NCBI RefSeq assembly: GCF_009914755.1
Contig: NC_060942.1
From: the human T2T-CHM13v2.0 reference genome, Homo sapiens
Length of the DNA: 64,000 bases
Strand: one strand, 5' to 3'
Each line of letters starts with the position of its first letter. Positions within the stretch are counted from its first letter, which is position 1. The position numbers and the translations under genes are program-made. Below the pieces are notes generated by a model, which was not told where the DNA came from, did no database searches, and worked only from the letters and a program-made list of their open reading frames with translations. Shown in pieces: positions 57,481 to 64,000 of the stretch.

Positions 57481-57958
57481 TAGTAAAAATACTCATTAAT
57501 TCTCATTTCTTACATACATACAAATGACAAAGAGGAGCTGTGCAAAACCGCTGTGGAATAAGCCAGTTTATGTTTGTAGTGTACTAGTTATATGGCATTT
57601 CCAATAGGGAATTTCCTATTGAAGTGAAACACAGTTGTTTAGGAAGAAATAAATGCTGAAATAATGCACATAGTGAATTCAGGGATGGAGAAAACACTCT
57701 CAAATAATTTTTTTAACTAAGAAAATTCCAGGCAGCACCTAAAAGCATGATTGCTTTCACTAGACACTTTAAATTACTGTCTATAAAACTTCTTGATCCT
57801 CTTTTAATGCCCAAACCTTTTAGAGGAATTTATAAACTCTTTATTTTTGGCTTCTCAGAATGAGTGGTTTAGGTTCACCCCACAAAACTGGAGGGATTAG
57901 CCCATCAAAAGATGGACACATATGGAAAGGTACTTCCACTTGCCCTTAATACCCTTCA

Positions 57959-58146
57959 CAGTGATCCTCAAAGTGTGGTTCTTGGACCAGCAGTACCATC
58001 ATCACCAGAGAACTTGTTAGAAATGTAAATCCTTGGACACTCACCCAAATATACTGAATCAAGAATGCTGGAGTTGGGACCCAGCAAGCTGCACTTTTAC
58101 AAGTCCTCTAGGTGATTTGGAGGCTTGCTACATTTGTGAATCACTG
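57959..58146 (+). mobile_element. MER5A, full length
   Basis: cagtgatcctcaaagtgtggttcttggaccagcag...gaacttgttagaaatg...tgaatcactg followed by ctctagt. Confidence 0.92.
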
Positions 58147-61102
58147 CTCTAGTCCCGGAGGTAAAGATTGATGAAAAAAAATAAGAAAAGCAATAATAAT
58201 AAAGAAAGAAGAGAACATTTAGAAAAAAAAAGATCAGCATTCACTTTCTCTTTGAATAAGTGAATGAACATTCCTTGGGGGTGTAATAGTTAGGCTCCTA
58301 TCCCTTTCAATACAACATATATTTGTCGAGAATCCAATTAGTGCCAGGGACTGTGCTAAGTGTAGCATATTCAAAAGGGGAAAAATTCTGTGGATTTTCT
58401 GTGTTCTCAAAAGAAGAAGAAAAAAATGAAGAAAAAGAAAAAAGTATTGTTCGTCTTAAAGGTAAATAATATGTTGTGCTTTTGAAGAATTAGATGGGCT
58501 TGGCTGTTTATGGTTCCAATGCCAGATGAAATGCTCAGTGAACACCCCTGCAACAAGTACAGTGAAGGGTCGTAGCTCCACTCAGCCTGGCCATGCATCC
58601 TAAATTCCGAGGCCACAAATGTTCCAGAGACACTAGCCTTTTTTCACGAGGCATAATCACCACTTATCAAGTGTCTCACCAATAAGCTTCATGTAACAGA
58701 AATGTCAAGCCCCATTTGATTCATCTTGCACTGCCCATTCTCTCTGAAGGGGATGGCTTTCAGGCCCTCCATCCATCTCGCCTGATGATCCCTTGGAGCT
58801 CAACTAGAGAAATCATCCCTCAGACTCTGACACCTTTGAAACCCAAGAGCATTTCAGTAAAGCATCGGAAATGTCAGAACTCCCTCTGCTGATTCTTCTT
58901 CCTCCTATTTTATCTCTAGCACACACTTTGCTGCACTGTTTGCCACTTTTATCTTCTTTCCCTGATGGCTTTTATATATTTTTTGGTCTTGTTCAAGCTT
59001 TGAAATCACTGCTGCTCCTTTTTGTCGCCCCTCATCACTAGCTCCCTGGGTTTCATTGACCACTGCTTATCTCCACCGTGTTGCACGTGTCTTGTTGGTT
59101 ATTTAATAATGCATGGCTCTCATGATCAGGAGTGGAGAGGCTCAGGTCTCAGGTCTGGCTACTGAAACTGGAGGTTTTTCCTGCTGACTTGGGTCTCCTT
59201 TGATGTACGAGGACATTTGCAGCTCAGCGGCGGATTGGTAGCTTCTTTGATGTGCTCTTCTTATTCTGATTTGATGTATGTTATATTCCTTTTATGTTCA
59301 AGAGGGACCAAATAAAGGAATGTCCCTCCTGCTTCTCACATCTAATTTTTGCCTAAGCACCCTCTGTTGCTCTTCGTGCAAGGGAGTGGTTCTTTTGACA
59401 GTGTATAATATAATTTTATTAAAGAAAAACAAATAATATCAGACAGGATGAATGTCATCATTTATGAGGTCTTAGGCAGCTCTTTATCTCTCTCCTTTGC
59501 TTCATGTTGCATTTGCATAAATGGTTCTTTAATTCAAGGAGAATTGGCTGCGGATAAATACAAGTCAAACTTGAAAGGAGTTTAATACTTGATAATCACT
59601 TATGGACATTGCGATTAAATACACTATCACTCTTTTATGTTTAAGCTACATAGCCTAAACTGAGTACTACGAGTGGATTTATCTTGAAGCCTGCAGTGTG
59701 CAGGAGTGCCGCCTGAGCTCACCTGTGGCTTATACTGGCCCAGATATTGCCTTCTCTGGAGAGTTGATAGAGGGAAATTGGCAAACGGTAATTCTGTCCT
59801 GTGCTTCCATCTTTCAGTTTCCCTCTGCACTCTAACATCTGGCCTTTCATGGGGACATAAGCAAATAAATAAAACAACAAAGAATCTGAAGAGTGTCACA
59901 AATTTATTTATTTTTTACTAATCTTTATTAGAACATCAAATGAGATTATTCTTGTTAATGAAGTTTATGGATGATGTGAGCATTATATTCATTTTTAATA
60001 TCCCTGAAATTATTTAACCAGGTATTTGAGAGCTGTATATTTAGGAAACTAAATAGAAAATCTATTAATTAGGGTTAATTTGCGATCAGTAATATTTTAA
60101 AATTAAACCCACTTGTGTTCATTGAAAACTTTGGGTGGAAGGGGTTTCAATTTCAAAATCATGTTTGAATTTATTAATTTATATTTGTTTACAGTACTCA
60201 CATTGCTTTCATATCCATTCGTTCATTTGAATATCATTTGGGTGAGAAAGACAGAATGGTTATTATTAGTGCTATATTACAGATGAGGTAATGAAGGCTC
60301 AAAGATCAGTATATTCTGGGACTAGAGTTTTGAGCTAATTCAGTGCTCTTTATAATACATCAAGTCCAATTTTGTACCTCTTGCAATACACAACAATTTG
60401 GCAAATAATGAATTGTTTTTTATATACACTAAAAATTGGTTAGTCATCATGACAGAAACACATAATGGGAACCATGTATGAATTCTAACACTTACATTAG
60501 AAGTATGTATTTGTTGTAGTTGATGAAAAAACAAAGTTATAAAGATATTGTAGTATACATCAAGAGGTTATTGGTAATCTATTCTTTAAATGTAACTCTG
60601 GATTCCCCTTTTTAAATCTGATTATTTCATTTTGTTATCAATAATAATTAACGCTTTTATACATGGGAAGTCCTATTTTTGTCTTATTCAACACTATGAA
60701 TCAAGTAGGTTTCTTGCAAATTTTAGGATTCATCTTTTAATAATAATTACATGCAGAGACTCAAGTGTTGTCTGGTTTCCCTGTGATATAGACCATAAGA
60801 GTTGAACCTAAGAATGTCAGTCATAAGACCATGGTGGTTAAAAAAATCACACATGTAGGTCCAAGGGAAAAAAGTGCCATGTAAGCAGTAGTTCCTAATC
60901 AAATGTGTGGTGTAAAGCCATTTCAATTATTGATTAGCAGGCTTTCTTGCATAATCAGAGAATATTCAAAAATCCTTAGAAGGGGTTGAATAGTTATGTA
61001 ATCCATATTGTAATCAATGCATAAAAGTGTTTATTTCTCTAAAACTGTAATCCTTGGATTTACCTATGTAGTTAGCTGGCTATAATTAGATATACTTTAC
61101 AC

Positions 61103-61331
61103 CACTGGTGTAAAGAGAAAAATTTTGCTTTCCTGGGTACATTTGGCAATGTCTAGAGATATTTTTGGTCACCACAACTAGGGGTTGCTTCTGGCATATC
61201 ATGGATAGAGACCAAACATGCTACTAAACATCTTACAACACACAGGGCAGCCCCCTGCACCTAAGGATTACCTGGCCCAAAATGCTAAGAGTGCCCAAAA
61301 ATGTCAATAATGCCCACTTTGAGAAACCCTG
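61103..61331 (+). mobile_element. MER20
   Basis: acatttggcaatgtctagagatatttttgg...atgctactaaacatcttacaa...ttgagaaaccctg. Confidence 0.92.
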
Positions 61332-63299
61332 ATTGAGATAAAATGTTAAATTGCTACAATTATCCATAAAATTCAACTTCCTACAAAACTATTTTTGAGA
61401 AAATATACTGATAAAACAGTGGTGATATGCTGCATAAACTATTTTTGGTAATTAAATTTGTTCTCCATTTCACTTTTGCTTATGTGTCAATGCTAATAAA
61501 CCAGCAGTTTTTAATTTTTCTTTTTTTTTTTTAAACCAGAGACCCTTTGGAAATGCAAAATAGTTTAGGGCACTTGGAACCATTTGGTTATTATTTGCTA
61601 TTTCCTAGATGTATCACTATAAATTTCTCTTCAAGATTATGCCCTTTTATTTTATTAACACTGTTACATACTAGACACCTAGTCACTGCCCCACACCTCC
61701 CCACGCCCGTCCCTCTGGAGGCCTCCCTGATTCTGCAGTTTCGATAACATTGTCTGTACCCCCAGACCACAGCATATATTCCTCATACCAGTAAATCTTT
61801 GTTGTACACATATGTCCTGTAGATTGCAATGTTTGCTTTTATTTTTACCTTTCTTGCGAGTAATCATAGTGCCTCACTAGGGCTAGGTGATTCGGTTATC
61901 TCATAGTTTTCTATTCAAATCCTAGGCTGTTTCCAGACTTGAGTTTGTCTCTCTGGTATCATTAGCTTCTTCGCATGTGGGCCCTCACATTCTGGCCCAA
62001 AGAGGCCAGTAAAAATGCTGGTGCCTTTTCAATCCCCTCTCTAATCTGCTCATCTTCCTGCCTGGATAACCTGTCAGGCCTTTGCCATTTATAATATTTA
62101 TCCTTCAGCAGTTTTCCCTGTTCCCTTGTTGATTGCTTTTCTGCACCAAGAAACTCCCAGTCCCTCTTGCCTGTGTGTGTGTGTGCACGTGTGTGTGTGC
62201 TAAATAGATCTGTCTTCCTTCAGCAGCCTCCCTTGTACCCCACTTAGCCCTTCTCTATTTCATAATGGCCTTTTCCATGGGTGGGGTATGTAGTAAGATC
62301 TCCATATCTCCCGTCTGCCTGGCTGTGGCTGCCTCCTCGTCAGAGCCTCGGCTGGATGGGACCACACACACGCTAATGCTCTCTAATCCCTGCAGCTTTG
62401 TCACTTTCAGGACTGCTCAGATGCTCACCCAGCTCTGACTGGTTTCTCATCACCCTCTTGAAGGGTTGAGCTGTCTTTCCCATTTATCTCAACGGTGATA
62501 GTGACAGCAATCCACCTTCCTGGCCTTTCCTCCTGGGCCACCTGTTAGGCTGCCAGCCGCCCTTGAGATTGATATTTGCCATTTCTGCCGCCAGGTTTGT
62601 TCTGGCCTCTGTGGGCATGTTCACTAAGAGGCACATCAGTCTCGCTGCCCCGTGTTGGGGCAGGAAACTCCATTATAGACTCTCAGTTGATCACTGTTCT
62701 TCTGCTTCTTCCCTGCATCAGTTTCTATCTGTGAGTGACGGAGCACCTGCCCAGGGGGAGATCTCAGGAAGTCCCATCTCCAATCAAATATACACAATCC
62801 TGCCCGCTGAACCAAACAGGCCTTCTAAACGATCAGATGACCCATGGCAACCATCTCCCCAGTAGGACATTGTCTCTATTCTTCCTCTACCCATTCAGCC
62901 CGGAGTTCTCCGGAAACTCTGGGATGCCTATCACACACGGATCCCTCTGCCCCTCAGATCTTAGTTTTAATTCAACCACTGATTCTCTCTTACCCACTCA
63001 GAGGGCTAGACCCGAAAAGAGAAAACACAAGGACTGTTTTTGAAATACGTGGACATGAGTGTCACAAAGTTCATCTGGACTAAGGAGAGAAGGAAAGAGC
63101 TAGGGGAAACCCCCAAGTAATATATGTGACTATTTTTTATAGTGGCTTCTGGAAAGCCTGCTCCCATGTTTACGACTTCACTGAAATAAATGATTCTGGT
63201 CATGTGCATTTTGAGACAGACATTAGTGGCAAACCTTGTCATGAATGACTCCTGGATGCTAGGGAACAAAAGGGCCCTTTATGCAGTTCTACATGACGC

Positions 63300-63478
63300 T
63301 CTCCATTCTTGCCACTCAACATGCTGCTCATGCTTTGTGGCATTAGCATCACCTGGAAAGCTTGTTACATATGCGATCCTGGGACCCACCTCACTATCTC
63401 GGACCTACCAACTTACCATCTCCATTGTAACAAGATTTCCAGGGGCTTCCTATGTACATTAAAATATGGAATATTCTG
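63300..63478 (+). mobile_element. MER5-family relic
   Basis: gcattagcatcacctggaaagcttgttacatatgc...aacaagatttccagg...tatgtacattaaa. Confidence 0.7.
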
Positions 63479-63511
63479 CTCTTTCTTTTACTGTATTAAA
63501 TTCTCAGAACT

Positions 63512-63821
63512 GGCTGGGCATGGTGGCTCACACCTGTAATTCCAGCACTTTAGGAGGCTGAGGTGGGTGGATCACCTGGGGCCAGGAGTTCGAGAACAGC
63601 CTGCCAACATGGCAAAACCCCATCTCTACTAAAAACTACAAACAAACAAACAAAAATCAGCTAGGCATGGTGGTACGCACCAGTAGTCCCTGCTACTCAG
63701 GAGGCTGAGGCACAAGAATCACTTGAACTCAAGAAGTAGGGGTTTCAGTGAGCCGAGATCATGCCACTGAACTCCAGCCTGGGTGACAGAGCAAGACTCT
63801 GCCTCAAAAAAATGAAAACAA
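63512..63821 (+). mobile_element. AluS (Sx/Sz-like), full length
   Basis: ggctgggcatggtggctcacacctgtaat...gcaagactctgcctcaaaaaaa; TSD-like aaattctcagaac / aaattatcagaac. Confidence 0.96.
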
Positions 63822-63824
63822 AAA

Positions 63825-63960
63825 TTATCAGAACAACCTTCTGAGATAATTATTAAATTTCCCATTTTATAGATGGAGAAACTGATCCTCTGAATGGTGA
63901 AGAAGTTTGCCTAGTGTTACTGGAAATTGATCCCTCCTGTAAAGGCTAAATCTTACTTTT
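63825..63960 (-). mobile_element. MIR fragment
   Basis: ttcccattttatagatggagaaactga. Confidence 0.7.
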
Positions 63961-64000
63961 CTTCTTTTAACTATGGACCACTACTGTATAGGTATTCACA

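Overview
Hominoid (human or great-ape) non-coding nuclear DNA: AT-rich, CpG-depleted and dense in interspersed repeats. I recognise nine Alus (J, S and Y lineages), several L1s, a MaLR solo LTR with an intact 5-bp TSD, hAT-type MITEs (MER5, MER20, MER53), a mariner MITE (MADE2), many MIR and L2 relics, and microsatellites. The L1s include an L1PA2 with a 5' inversion and a 15-bp TSD, and a tailless internal ORF1-ORF2 fragment. I found no host protein-coding exon, RNA gene or CRISPR array. The only recognisable ORFs are decayed L1 ORF1/ORF2 pieces. The window reads as intronic or intergenic DNA, and I cannot name the locus. I found no evidence for a new biological system. The most notable items are unusual insertion structures, a perfect 53-bp hairpin-containing tandem duplication, GGAA microsatellites and a few compact transcription-factor motif clusters. 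Subfamily calls and old-repeat boundaries are by eye against remembered consensus sequences and are approximate.
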